Positions 1-9,572 of a DNA stretch of 64,000 nucleotides are shown here, piece by piece. Positions within the stretch are counted from its first letter, which is position 1, and the number at the start of each line of letters is the position of its first letter. This DNA is from Burkholderiales bacterium (GTDB taxonomy: Bacteria > Pseudomonadota > Gammaproteobacteria > Burkholderiales > Burkholderiaceae_C), in the NCBI GenBank assembly GCA_947448955.1, contig CANFPU010000005.1:5224-69223 (forward strand). The letters run 5' to 3'. The position numbers were made by a program, and so were the translations under genes. The notes below the pieces were generated by a model, which ran no database searches, was not told the origin of the DNA, and saw only the letters and a list, made by a program, of their open reading frames with translations.

Positions 1-1026
1 GCCGCGGTGCTGCAGCAGCGCGTTCATCGGCACGATCAGGAAGCCGCACAGCGCGCCCAGCACGATCAGAAACGGTACCGCGACCCACAAGGTGGTGACC
101 AAGTCGAGCCCGATCATCAGGATGCCGACGATGATGCCCAAGGGGATCACGCGCACCGCACGGTCGAGCTTCATGAAGGCCGACGCGAACAGCGCGCCGA
201 ACACCGAGCCGACGATCACCACGCCGGCCAGGTTGGAGGCCTGCGTGGTGCCATAGCCCAGCGCGGCGGCGGCCCAGGCAAACACGATCACCCGCAGGTT
301 GCCAAACACGCCCCACAGCAGCGTGGTGGTGGCCAGCGAGATTTGACCCAGCTTGTCAGACCACAGCCGGGCGTTGCAGCCCGAAAAATCCCGCACCAGC
401 GCGATTGGGCTGCCGCTGAGCGCTTGCAGCGGCGCCTCGGTGCGTGGGATGTAGAGGTTGAAGGCGGCGGCGATCGCGTAGAGCAGGATCATCGCGGCGA
501 TCGCGGCCTCGGGCGGCGTGTCCACGCCGGTTTCGAACCCTGGAAAGTCGATGCCCAACAGCAGAGGCGACAGCTTGGGGCCGATCAGTTGGCCGCCCAC
601 CACGATGCCCAAGATGATCGAGGCGATCGTCAACCCCTCGACCCAACCGTTGGCCTTGACCAACTGCGACGGCGGCAGCAACTCGGTCAGGATGCCGTAC
701 TTGGCTGGCGAATAGGCCGCAGCGCCCAGACCGACCACGGCATAGGCCACCAGCGGATGGCCGCCAAACAGCATCATCAAGCAACCCAACACTTTGATGC
801 TGTTGGAGAAGAACATCACCCGGCCTTTGGGCACGGCGTCGGCAAAAGCGCCCACGAACGGCGCCAACAGCACGTAGAACAGCGCAAACATCGGCGCTAG
901 CGCCGGAATCTGCCAAGCCGGCGCGTTGTCGGACTTGAGCAATTCAATCGCCGCCACCAACAGCGCGTTGTCAGCCATCGAGCTGAAAAACTGCGCCGCC
1001 ATGATGGTGTAAAAACCTTTTTTCAT
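1..1026 (-). CDS. lplT: Lysophospholipid transporter LplT (MFS), 3' end runs off the window
   Basis: Not in the ORF track. Manual translation from ATG at 1026 gives MKKGFYTIMAAQFFSSMADNAL..., then hydrophobic MFS helices with ...FVGAFADAVPKGRVMF and AAYSPAKYGILTELLP. Divergent from alr. Confidence 0.85.
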   Translation of the reverse strand, partial: MKKGFYTIMAAQFFSSMADNALLVAAIELLKSDNAPAWQIPALAPMFALFYVLLAPFVGAFADAVPKGRVMFFSNSIKVLGCLMMLFGGHPLVAYAVVGLGAAAYSPAKYGILTELLPPSQLVKANGWVEGLTIASIILGIVVGGQLIGPKLSPLLLGIDFPGFETGVDTPPEAAIAAMILLYAIAAAFNLYIPRTEAPLQALSGSPIALVRDFSGCNARLWSDKLGQISLATTTLLWGVFGNLRVIVFAWAAAALGYGTTQASNLAGVVIVGSVFGALFASAFMKLDRAVRVIPLGIIVGILMIGLDLVTTLWVAVPFLIVLGALCGFLIVPMNALLQHRG

Positions 1027-1340
1027 TCTTCTCGCTCAGAAGCCTCTAGGCCGTTCAAATCGGTCTGCAAAGGTTACTCATCAGGCCTCAGCGCACACCA
1101 TCCACCGGGGGCCGCCGGGCCGGATTGGCCGAGCGCGGCGCGGTTATAGCACGCACCCATGGCGCCTCACGCTGCCGACCCACCGCAGACAACAGGCGCT
1201 GGCAGAATCCAAAGCCCGGCTCAGAAGCCCGCCAGCGCGCGGCGACGGCGCGACGAAAGCGCGACGAACGCGCGAAGACCGCGCCAGAAGCCTGCGCCAG
1301 ATAGCCGCGCGACACACCATCGCGAAACACCAGCGACCCA

Positions 1341-2426
1341 ATGCCCCGTCCGATCGAAGCCCTGATCCATGCCGATGCGCTGGCCCACAACCTGGCCCGC
1401 GTACGTGCGCAGGCGCCTGACGCGCGGATCTGGGCGGTGGTCAAGGCCAATGCCTACGGACATGGTCTGGCGCGTGCGTTCGGACCCCTGCGGTCGGCCG
1501 ACGGCTTTGCCTTGCTCGACCTGGCCGAGGCCGTGACGCTGCGGTCGCTGGACTGGCGCGGCCCGATCCTGCTGCTAGAAGGCGTGTTCGAAGCGCGCGA
1601 CCTCGAACTGTGTTCGCGCCTGAACCTGTGGCATGTGCTGCACTGCGAGCAGCAGATCGCCTGGCTGGCGGTGCACAAGACGCAACAGCCGCACCGGGTG
1701 TTCTTGAAGATGAACAGCGGGATGAACCGCCTGGGTTTCACGCCGACCAGCTTTCGCAGCGCCTGGGCTCGGCTCAACGCGATGCCCCAGGTCGACGAGG
1801 TCTCGCTGATGACCCATTTCGCCGACGCGGACGCACCCGCGGGCATCGCCCAGCAGGCCGCCGCGTTTGAGCTCGCCACACGCGACCTGCCGGGCGAGCG
1901 GTCCGTGAGCAACAGCGCGGCGCTGCTACGCCATACCGAGCAGGCTTCGGACTGGGTGCGCGCGGGCATCGCGCTGTATGGCAGCGCGCCAGACTTTCCG
2001 CTCAACGACATCCACCACTGGGATCTGCAACCGGCGATGACGCTGCGCTCGCGGCTGATCGGCGTGCAGCAGTTGCAGCCTGGCGACAGCGTGGGCTATG
2101 GCAGCAGCTTCAGGGCCGAACAGCCAATGCGCATCGGCATCGTCGCCTGCGGCTATGCCGACGGCTACCCGCGCCACTGTGGCAGCGGCACGCCGGTGCT
2201 GGTCGATGGCCGGCGCTGCGTCACCGTGGGCCGGGTGTCGATGGACATGCTCGCGGTCGACCTGTCGACGGTGCCTGCAGCCGACTTGGGCAGCGAGGTC
2301 ACGCTGTGGGGGCGCGGACCGAACGGCAGCTTGCTGGCGATCGACGAGGTGGCGCACGCTGGCGGCACCATCGGCTACGAGCTGATGTGCGCGCTGGCAG
2401 CCCGGGTGCCTGTGCACCAAGCCTGA
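1341..2426 (+). CDS. alr: Alanine racemase
   Basis: [14 protein letters not shown]-lysine motif, [22 protein letters not shown]. Confidence 0.95.
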   Translation: MPRPIEALIHADALAHNLARVRAQAPDARIWAVVKANAYGHGLARAFGPLRSADGFALLDLAEAVTLRSLDWRGPILLLEGVFEARDLELCSRLNLWHVLHCEQQIAWLAVHKTQQPHRVFLKMNSGMNRLGFTPTSFRSAWARLNAMPQVDEVSLMTHFADADAPAGIAQQAAAFELATRDLPGERSVSNSAALLRHTEQASDWVRAGIALYGSAPDFPLNDIHHWDLQPAMTLRSRLIGVQQLQPGDSVGYGSSFRAEQPMRIGIVACGYADGYPRHCGSGTPVLVDGRRCVTVGRVSMDMLAVDLSTVPAADLGSEVTLWGRGPNGSLLAIDEVAHAGGTIGYELMCALAARVPVHQA

Positions 2427-2448
2427 CCCGGCCCGCTACAGTGCGCCC

Positions 2449-3900
2449 GTGAGCGCATCGTCCAAGAACCCCAAGACCCAATACAGCTGCACGGCCTGCG
2501 GCGGCATCAGCCCCAAGTGGCTGGGCAAATGCCCGACTTGCAACGAGTGGAACACCTTGGAGGAAACCCTCGCCGAGGCGAGCGGCGCGGCACGGCACCG
2601 CTACCAGTCGCTCGCCAAGGCCCAACCGGTGGCCACGCTGTCAGAGATCGAAGCCGCCGATGTCGACCGCACGCCCACCGGCCAACCCGAGCTCGACCGG
2701 GTGCTGGGCGGTGGCATCGTCGAGGGCGGCGTGGTGCTGATCGGTGGCGACCCGGGCATCGGCAAGAGCACACTGCTGCTGCAGGCCGCCGAAACACTTT
2801 CGTGCCAGCCCGCGCCGAGCCGTTCTGCAGCGGGCGGGTCCTCTTCGAGCGGCGCGCCGATCACAGGCGGCGCTGGGGGCCCATTGCTCAAGGTTTTGTA
2901 CGTCACCGGCGAGGAGTCGGTGGCCCAGGTCGCGCTCCGGGCGCGCAGGCTCGGCCTGTCGGGTACCCACCTGCGGGTGATGGCCGAGATCCAACTGGAG
3001 AAGATCCAGACGGCGCTGGCCACCGAGGCGCCTGCCTTCTGCGTCATCGACTCGATCCAGACCGTCTACTCCGACCAACTGACCAGCGCGCCGGGATCGG
3101 TGGCGCAGGTTCGCGAATGCGCGGCCCAGCTCACCCGCACCGCCAAGGCCAGCGGCTGCGCGATCGTGCTGGTCGGCCATGTCACCAAAGAGGGCGCGCT
3201 GGCCGGTCCGCGCGTGCTCGAGCACATCGTCGACACCGTGCTGTATTTCGAGGGTGACACGCATTCCAGCTTCCGGCTGGTGCGGGCGATCAAGAACCGC
3301 TTCGGCGCGGTCAACGAGATCGGCGTGTTCGCGATGACCGAGAAGGGCTTGAAGGGAGTCAGCAACCCGAGCGCGATCTTCCTGTCGACCCACGGCGTGC
3401 CGGTGCCGGGCTCTTGCGTGCTCGTCACGCTCGAAGGCACGCGCCCGTTGCTGGTCGAAATCCAGGCGCTGGTCGACGCCGGAGGACCCAGCCCGCGCCG
3501 GCTGTCGGTCGGGCTGGACCGCGACCGGCTGGCCATGCTGCTGGCGGTGTTGCACCGCCATGCCGGTGTCAGCTGCAGCGACCAGGACGTGTTCGTCAAC
3601 GCGGTGGGCGGCGTGCGGATTAGCGAGCCGGCGGCCGATTTGGCGGTGCTGCTGGCAATCCAGGGCAGCTTGCGCGGCAAGGCGCTGCCCAGTGGCTTCT
3701 TTGCCTTCGGCGAGGTCGGGCTGGCGGGCGAGGTACGGCCCGCGCCGCGAGGCCAAGAGCGGCTCAAAGAGGCTGCGAAACTCGGTTTTTCGATCGCGCT
3801 GGTGCCCAAGGCCAACGCACCCAAAAAACCCATTGAGGGCCTGACGGTGCATGCAGTCGAACGCATCGAAGAGGCGATAGACGTGGTGCGCGGGCTGTGA
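2449..3900 (+). CDS. radA: DNA repair protein RadA/Sms
   Basis: N-terminal CxxC...CxxC zinc finger, Walker A GDPGIGKST, KNRFG motif, Lon-like C-terminal domain. GTG start. Confidence 0.97.
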   Translation: MSASSKNPKTQYSCTACGGISPKWLGKCPTCNEWNTLEETLAEASGAARHRYQSLAKAQPVATLSEIEAADVDRTPTGQPELDRVLGGGIVEGGVVLIGGDPGIGKSTLLLQAAETLSCQPAPSRSAAGGSSSSGAPITGGAGGPLLKVLYVTGEESVAQVALRARRLGLSGTHLRVMAEIQLEKIQTALATEAPAFCVIDSIQTVYSDQLTSAPGSVAQVRECAAQLTRTAKASGCAIVLVGHVTKEGALAGPRVLEHIVDTVLYFEGDTHSSFRLVRAIKNRFGAVNEIGVFAMTEKGLKGVSNPSAIFLSTHGVPVPGSCVLVTLEGTRPLLVEIQALVDAGGPSPRRLSVGLDRDRLAMLLAVLHRHAGVSCSDQDVFVNAVGGVRISEPAADLAVLLAIQGSLRGKALPSGFFAFGEVGLAGEVRPAPRGQERLKEAAKLGFSIALVPKANAPKKPIEGLTVHAVERIEEAIDVVRGL

Positions 3901-3937
3901 TCGACCCGAGCCCGCGCAATTTCAAGAGCAGGACGAG

Positions 3938-4327
3938 ATGAACGCGAAACTGGGATGGGGTTTGGCCTTGCTGGCCACCGCACTGGGATACCACTTCTTT
4001 GGCTGGCGCGGTGTTGCACTGGCTGCGTCGGGCATGGTGTTCTGGCTGCTGCTGCAGTTCAGCCGCGCGATGCGGGTGATGAAAACCGCCGCCCAATCGC
4101 CGGTCGGCACGGTCCCCAGCGCGGTGATGCTCAATGCCAGGCTGCATGTTGGCATGCCCTTGATGGACATCTTGACGAGAACGCGCAGCCTGGGCGAGAA
4201 GCTCGCCGACGAGCCCGAGACCTGGCGCTGGCGCGACGACGCGGGCGACAGCGTGCGGGTGGAACTGATCGATGGCCGCCTGGCCAGATGGACACTGGAA
4301 CGCGGCACGCCTCAGGACCAAAGTTGA
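3938..4327 (+). CDS. Hypothetical membrane-anchored protein
   Basis: 129 aa, two N-terminal hydrophobic segments, AGGA-type RBS, fills the radA-ilvE gap. Confidence 0.7.
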   Translation: MNAKLGWGLALLATALGYHFFGWRGVALAASGMVFWLLLQFSRAMRVMKTAAQSPVGTVPSAVMLNARLHVGMPLMDILTRTRSLGEKLADEPETWRWRDDAGDSVRVELIDGRLARWTLERGTPQDQS

Positions 4328-4433
4328 ACAGCCCGGGCTCGACCAAAGCAGGCCTGGCACCGGGACCCTAAAATCCCGCCCAAACCGCATCCCGCGACAA
4401 CCCTAGACGCTTTCTGCTGAGGAGACTTTTCCC

Positions 4434-5357
4434 ATGTCCATGTCCGACCGCGATGGCAAGATCTGGATGGATGGGCAGATGGTTGAATGGCGCGATGCCA
4501 AGATCCATGTGCTGACCCACACCTTGCACTACGGCTGCGGCGCCTTCGAGGGTGTGCGGGCTTACAACACCGCCCATGGCACCGCGATCTTCCGGTTGCC
4601 AGAGCACACCGAGCGGCTGTTCAACAGCGCCAAGATCCTGCGCATGCAGATCCCGTTCACACCCGAGCAGGTGATGGACGCGCAGCGGGCGGTGGTCCGC
4701 GAGAACAAGCTTGAGAGCTGCTATCTGCGTCCGCTGGTCTGGATCGGCGACGAAAAGCTCGGCGTCTCGCCGAAGGGCAACACCATCCACCTGATGGTCG
4801 CCGCCTGGCCTTGGGGCGCTTACCTGGGCGAGGAGGGGCTGGCGCGCGGCATCCGCGTGAAGACCAGCAGCTTCACTCGCCACCACGTCAACATCACGAT
4901 GACCCAGGCCAAGGCGGTGAGCAACTACACCAACTCGATCCTGGCCAACATGGAAGTCACCGACGAGGGCTACGACGAAGCGCTGCTGCTCGACTCTTCG
5001 GGCTTCGTCAGCGAAGGCGCTGGCGAGAACATCTTCATCATCAAGAAGGGCGTGGTCTACACGCCCGACCTGTCAGCTGGCGCGCTGAACGGCATCACCC
5101 GCGACACCATCCTGGCGATCTGCAGCGACCTGGGCCTGAAGCTGGTCGAAAAACGCATCACTCGCGACGAGGTCTACATCAGCGACGAGGCCTTTTTCAC
5201 CGGCACGGCCGCCGAGGTCACACCGATCCGTGAGTTGGACCGGATCGAACTCGGCACGGGTTCACGCGGACCGATCACCGAGAAGATTCAAGCTGCGTTC
5301 TTCGACATCGTCAACGGCCGCAATCCCAAGTACGCTGCCTGGCTGACCAAGGTCTGA
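4434..5357 (+). CDS. ilvE: Branched-chain amino acid aminotransferase
   Basis: LHYGCGAFEG, YLRP, AKAVSNY (PLP Lys), EGAGENIF, GITR, TGTAAEVTP; GAGGAG RBS. Confidence 0.96.
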   Translation: MSMSDRDGKIWMDGQMVEWRDAKIHVLTHTLHYGCGAFEGVRAYNTAHGTAIFRLPEHTERLFNSAKILRMQIPFTPEQVMDAQRAVVRENKLESCYLRPLVWIGDEKLGVSPKGNTIHLMVAAWPWGAYLGEEGLARGIRVKTSSFTRHHVNITMTQAKAVSNYTNSILANMEVTDEGYDEALLLDSSGFVSEGAGENIFIIKKGVVYTPDLSAGALNGITRDTILAICSDLGLKLVEKRITRDEVYISDEAFFTGTAAEVTPIRELDRIELGTGSRGPITEKIQAAFFDIVNGRNPKYAAWLTKV

Positions 5358-5362
5358 GCGAG

Positions 5363-5566
5363 ATGAGCAAACCCGCCAACGTGATCGAGGTCGGCGCCAA
5401 GGACCTGCAAGGCCCAGGCGTCGTGAGTTGCCCCAACACCAAGACGGCGCTGTGGAGCGAGCACCCGCGAGTCTTCATCGACGTCGCGAGCACCGGCGAA
5501 GGCAAGTGCAGCTACTGCGGCACGGTTTACCGACTCAAGACCGGCGAGAAGCTGCACGCGCACTGA
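5363..5566 (+). CDS. Small zinc-finger protein (zf-CHCC type)
   Basis: CP...HPRVFID...CSYCG pattern in 67 aa, directly after ilvE. Confidence 0.85.
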   Translation: MSKPANVIEVGAKDLQGPGVVSCPNTKTALWSEHPRVFIDVASTGEGKCSYCGTVYRLKTGEKLHAH

Positions 5567-5611
5567 GGCCAGGGATCGTCGGCTGGCGGGGGCTGCCTAC
5601 AATCCTGCGCC

Positions 5612-6496
5612 ATGCCGCGATCCCAAGAATTCATCCTCACCCTGGCCTGCCGCGACACCACCGGCATCGTCTACGCCGTCTCGGGCCTGCTGTTCCAGGC
5701 CGGCTGCAACATCATCGATTCTCAGCAGTTTGGCGACGTGCAGGGAGAGGATGCAACGGGCTTGTTCTTCATGCGCGTGCACTTCGCTGCGCCGCCCCAA
5801 TTGATGGGTGAAGGCATGCTCGAGAACCTGTTCTCGCATGTGCGCAAGCAATACGGCATGGAGGCGCAGTTTCACCCGGTGGCGCATCGACCGCGCTTGC
5901 TGCTGATGGTCAGCCAGCACGGCCATTGCCTGAACGACCTGCTGTTTCGCTGGCAGAGCGGGCAGTTGAACGTCGACCTCCGGGCCATCGTTTCGAACCA
6001 CAGCACCTACGCCGAACTGGCCCGCAGTTACGGCATTGATTTCCACCACCTGCCGCTGGCCCAGGGCAGCGACGCAGCGGCCAAACGGGCCCAAGAGCGG
6101 ACCGTCGAAGCGCTGGTCGAGGCTGAGCGCATCGACCTGGTGGTGCTGGCGCGCTACATGCAGATCCTCAGCCCGGAATTCTGCAACGCGCTGAAGGGCC
6201 GGTTGATCAACATTCACCACAGCTTTTTGCCCAGCTTCAAAGGTGCCAAGCCCTATTTCCAAGCCCATGCGAGAGGCGTCAAGCTGATCGGCGCGACCGC
6301 GCACTATGTCACCGCCGATCTCGACGAAGGTCCCATCATCGAGCAGGATGTCGAGCGGGTCGACCACTCGATGTCGGCCGAGCAGATCACCGCGGTCGGC
6401 CGCGATGTCGAGTGCGTGGTGCTGGCGCGCGCGGTGCGCTGGCATGTCGAGCACCGGGTGCTGATGAACGGCCACAAGTCGGTGATCTTCCGCTGA
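5612..6496 (+). CDS. purU: Formyltetrahydrofolate deformylase
   Basis: N-terminal ACT domain, LARYMQIL, INIHHSFLPSFKGAKPY, GVKLIGATAHYVT, LDEGPIIEQ. Confidence 0.96.
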   Translation: MPRSQEFILTLACRDTTGIVYAVSGLLFQAGCNIIDSQQFGDVQGEDATGLFFMRVHFAAPPQLMGEGMLENLFSHVRKQYGMEAQFHPVAHRPRLLLMVSQHGHCLNDLLFRWQSGQLNVDLRAIVSNHSTYAELARSYGIDFHHLPLAQGSDAAAKRAQERTVEALVEAERIDLVVLARYMQILSPEFCNALKGRLINIHHSFLPSFKGAKPYFQAHARGVKLIGATAHYVTADLDEGPIIEQDVERVDHSMSAEQITAVGRDVECVVLARAVRWHVEHRVLMNGHKSVIFR

Positions 6497-6626
6497 GCAT
6501 GCGCGCTTTCCTGCTGCGCGACCCGATCTCGCGCCTGCGCTGCTCGCCTTGCGTGCATACGGCTGCGCCCCCCGACACCATATCGGCCCGCTCGCGCCGA
6601 AAATCGCACCTGCTCAGACCCACGCC

Positions 6627-7076
6627 ATGACGAGAACGACACCGCCGACTGCGCATTTGATGGCCTCGCCTGACGATGTCGAGGCACAGTTCTACGAGGC
6701 GCTGCGCGAGGCCGACATCGACAAGCTGATGGCACTTTGGGCCGACGACGACGAGGTGTTCTGCGTCCACCCGGGCGGACCGCGCGTGATCGGACCCCGA
6801 GCGATTCGGGTCGCTTTCGAGGCCGTGTTCGGCCATGGCCGTATCAATGCCCACCCCGAGCGGCTGCGCAAGTTGCACACGCTGGATGCGGCGGTGCACA
6901 ACCTGGTCGAGCGCATCGAGTTACAGACCGAGGCCGGGCCGCGCACAGGCTATGTGCTGGCGACCAATGTCTACCTGAAGACCGCAATGGGCTGGCGCAT
7001 CGTGGCCCACCATGCCAGTCCGGGCACGCCGAATGAGACCCCCGAAGTCGTCGAGGCGCCGGCGGTGTTGCATTGA
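6627..7076 (+). CDS. NTF2/SnoaL-like protein
   Basis: FYEAL...DIDKLMALW, CVHPGG, TNVY...GWRIVAHHAS; start at in-frame ATG 6627. Confidence 0.8.
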   Translation: MTRTTPPTAHLMASPDDVEAQFYEALREADIDKLMALWADDDEVFCVHPGGPRVIGPRAIRVAFEAVFGHGRINAHPERLRKLHTLDAAVHNLVERIELQTEAGPRTGYVLATNVYLKTAMGWRIVAHHASPGTPNETPEVVEAPAVLH

Positions 7077-7104
7077 GGGTCGGCTCGATCGACCCGCAGC
7101 ACTG

Positions 7105-8082
7105 ATGCAGGGTTTTCGTGCCCCTTGGTGGCTGCCCGGCGGCCATGCCCAGACGATCTGGCCGGCGCGGTTGGGTCAGCAGGCGACGAGCCCTGACGGT
7201 CAAGCGCTGCGCTACCGGCGCGAGCGCTGGACCACGCCCGACGGCGACTTCATCGATGTCGACCATCTCGACGAAGCAGCGGCGCCGGACGCGCCGCTGC
7301 TGGTGCTGTTCCACGGCCTGGAGGGCTCGTCACAAGGCCTGTACGCGCTGGCCTTCGCGCACTGGGCGCGCCGCGCGGGCTGGCGCTACGCTGTGCCGCA
7401 CTTCCGCGGCTGCTCTGGCGAGCTTAACCTCGCGCCCAGGGCCTACCACTCGGGCGATTTCGAGGAGATCGGCTGGATCCTGGGCCGGCTGCGCGCCCGA
7501 GAAAGCAATGCGCTGCACGCGGTGGGCATCTCGCTGGGTGGCAATGCACTGCTGCGCTGGGCTGAGGCGTCAGGCGAGGCCGCGGCCAGCGTGGCGCGAG
7601 CGGTGGCAGCCGTGTGCTCACCGGTTGATCTGGCCGCCAGTGGACGAGCGATAGGACGGGGATTTAACCGGCAGGTCTACACCAGGATGTTCCTGCGCAC
7701 CATGGTGCCCAAGGCGATGGCCAAGCTGGCCCAGCATCCGGGCCTGTTCAACGGAGAAGCCATGCTCGCGGTGCGCGACCTCTACGCCTTCGACAACTTG
7801 TTCACCGCGCCACTGCACGGTTTTGCCAGCACCGAGGATTACTGGGCCCGTGCATCGGCCAAGCCACAGCTCGCCCAGATCCGCATCCCGACGCTGCTGT
7901 TGAACGCCCGCAACGACCCTTTCGTGCCGGCGGCCAGCCTGCCGCAGCCCGACCAAGTGGGCCGGCACGTCACGCTCTGGCAGCCCGAACACGGCGGCCA
8001 TGTCGGCTTTCCTGGCGGGCGATTCCCGGGCCATGTGCGCAGCCTGCCCGACGGCGTGATGGGCTGGCTGGCGCAAGCTTGA
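7105..8082 (+). CDS. YheT-family alpha/beta hydrolase
   Basis: GGHAQTIW, FHGLEGSS, nucleophile GISLGG, NDPFVP, GGHVGF. Confidence 0.88.
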   Translation: MQGFRAPWWLPGGHAQTIWPARLGQQATSPDGQALRYRRERWTTPDGDFIDVDHLDEAAAPDAPLLVLFHGLEGSSQGLYALAFAHWARRAGWRYAVPHFRGCSGELNLAPRAYHSGDFEEIGWILGRLRARESNALHAVGISLGGNALLRWAEASGEAAASVARAVAAVCSPVDLAASGRAIGRGFNRQVYTRMFLRTMVPKAMAKLAQHPGLFNGEAMLAVRDLYAFDNLFTAPLHGFASTEDYWARASAKPQLAQIRIPTLLLNARNDPFVPAASLPQPDQVGRHVTLWQPEHGGHVGFPGGRFPGHVRSLPDGVMGWLAQA

Positions 8083-8103
8083 AACCACCAAGGCAGAGAA
8101 CCG

Positions 8104-8637
8104 ATGGACGAAATCGTCAAGGCAGCGCTGAAAAAATGGCCCAATGTGCCGAATTGCTACGGCTGGCTGGCACTCGATGCGCGCGGCGACTGGTACATGC
8201 GCGACGAGCGAATCCAGCACGCTGGGCCTTTCCCAAAGGTCAAGGGCAGCCGCATCACCCACGACAAGCTCAAGGCCTTCATCGAACGCAACTATGGGGC
8301 CGATGAGGCGGGACGCTGGTTCTTCCAGAACGGCCCGCAGCGGGTCTATCTGCAACTGGAGGCCACCCCCTGGGTCTGGCGGGTGCAATGGCCCCCGCAA
8401 CCGGGCCCCCCCTCCGTCACCAGCCACACCGGCCTGCATGCCGTGGTGAACAGCTGCTGGCTAGACGAGGAGGGCAGGCTTTACCTGGCAACCGACATTG
8501 GTTTCGGCATCGTCCACAGCCAGGACATGCTCGACGCCGCACAAGCGGTCGAACAAGGCCTCTGGCAACCCGAGGCGCTGTTGGCCGCTGAAGCGCCGGC
8601 GCGATTCGCGTATGTCCGGGATCCGGCCGCCTCTTGA
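8104..8637 (+). CDS. Conserved hypothetical protein (DUF2946-type in Betaproteobacteria)
   Basis: MDEIVKAALKKWPNVPNCYGWL...WFFQNGPQRVY; family recognised from memory. Confidence 0.7.
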   Translation: MDEIVKAALKKWPNVPNCYGWLALDARGDWYMRDERIQHAGPFPKVKGSRITHDKLKAFIERNYGADEAGRWFFQNGPQRVYLQLEATPWVWRVQWPPQPGPPSVTSHTGLHAVVNSCWLDEEGRLYLATDIGFGIVHSQDMLDAAQAVEQGLWQPEALLAAEAPARFAYVRDPAAS

Positions 8638-8677
8638 CGCCGATCGGGCGGCGCACCAGCGGCCGCCCGGCAAGGTC

Positions 8678-9205
8678 CTACTTTGAAGCTGCGGCCGCCG
8701 CAGGGGCTTTGGGTTCGTCGAACTTGGCGCCGCCCTTGTTGGCCATGTAGACCACCGCACGACCGATTTCGACATCGTTGAAATCGCCGCCACCCTGGGC
8801 CGCCATCGCGTTCTTGCCCTTGAGCGCCGAGTTCAGCAGCGCGTCGTAACCGGTCTTGATGCGCGGGCCCCAGGCGGCCCCGTCGCCAACCTTGGGCGCG
8901 CCAGCCGCGCCATTGGTGTGGCAGGCCGAGCACTGGGCCTGGAATACCTGCTCGCCGGTCTTGAGCACGGCAGGGTTGGACGCGTCCTTGATCTCGATCG
9001 ATCCCACCGGTTGGAGGCGCTTGCCAACGGCGTCAGCCGACATGCCGTCGCTGCCAGCACCGACCTTGTCACCGAAATTGACGAAATTGGCCAGCATGAT
9101 GATCGCCACGATCGGCACCACAAAGGATGCCACCACCGCAGCGATCAGTTGCTTGGGCGTCTTGATCGGGCCTTCGTGGTTTTCTTCGTGGGCAGCGTCG
9201 CTCAT
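8678..9205 (-). CDS. Cytochrome c5 family protein
   Basis: N-terminal TM helix, heme motif CSACH, GAAGAPK, axial Met in NAMAAQGG. Confidence 0.9.
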   Translation of the reverse strand: MSDAAHEENHEGPIKTPKQLIAAVVASFVVPIVAIIMLANFVNFGDKVGAGSDGMSADAVGKRLQPVGSIEIKDASNPAVLKTGEQVFQAQCSACHTNGAAGAPKVGDGAAWGPRIKTGYDALLNSALKGKNAMAAQGGGDFNDVEIGRAVVYMANKGGAKFDEPKAPAAAAASK

Positions 9206-9362
9206 TGAAATCCTCTAGGTATCCTTGACGGTGCGCGGCACACAGGCAGCGCCGCGCCGGCAAAAGTCGATAATTATAGCGAGGCCCCGGGCTCACCCGA
9301 GGCCGCAGGCCAGGCACTCACAGCAGGCGGTCAGCAGTGACATAGAATGCACTTCCGCTGCT

Positions 9363-9437
9363 GCGACCGTGGTGAAGTGGATATCATTGGGCCCTCCGAA
9401 GGCTTAGTCGCAAGTTCGATTCTTGCCGGTCGCACCA
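9363..9437 (+). tRNA. tRNA-Arg (anticodon CCG)
   Basis: Acceptor stem GCGACCG/CGGTCGC plus ACCA, D arm GTGA/TCAT, anticodon arm GGGCC-CTCCGAA-GGCTT, T arm GCAAG-TTCGATT-CTTGC. Confidence 0.92.
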
Positions 9438-9572
9438 AGGCCTTTACGCCGACCTCGCTTGGGGGTGAAGTCAGGCGCAGACCACGCTGTACCGCAGGGC
9501 CGAGCAGCACGCCGCGACCTTCTTCACCGCGACAAAGGCAGCCACCGGTGCCGACCTGCCGCAAATCGTGGG

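Noticed and set aside
7-900. Long antisense or alternate-frame ORFs (e.g. 7-900, 9423-10820, 11364-13046, 18068-19717, 55538-57217, 59897-61165)
   Set aside because: They shadow well-supported genes and are expected in high-GC DNA with few stop codons; no family motifs.
9415-9437. tRNA 3' end as an integration site for a genomic island
   Set aside because: No integrase follows and I saw no second copy of the 3' end in the window (search by eye only).
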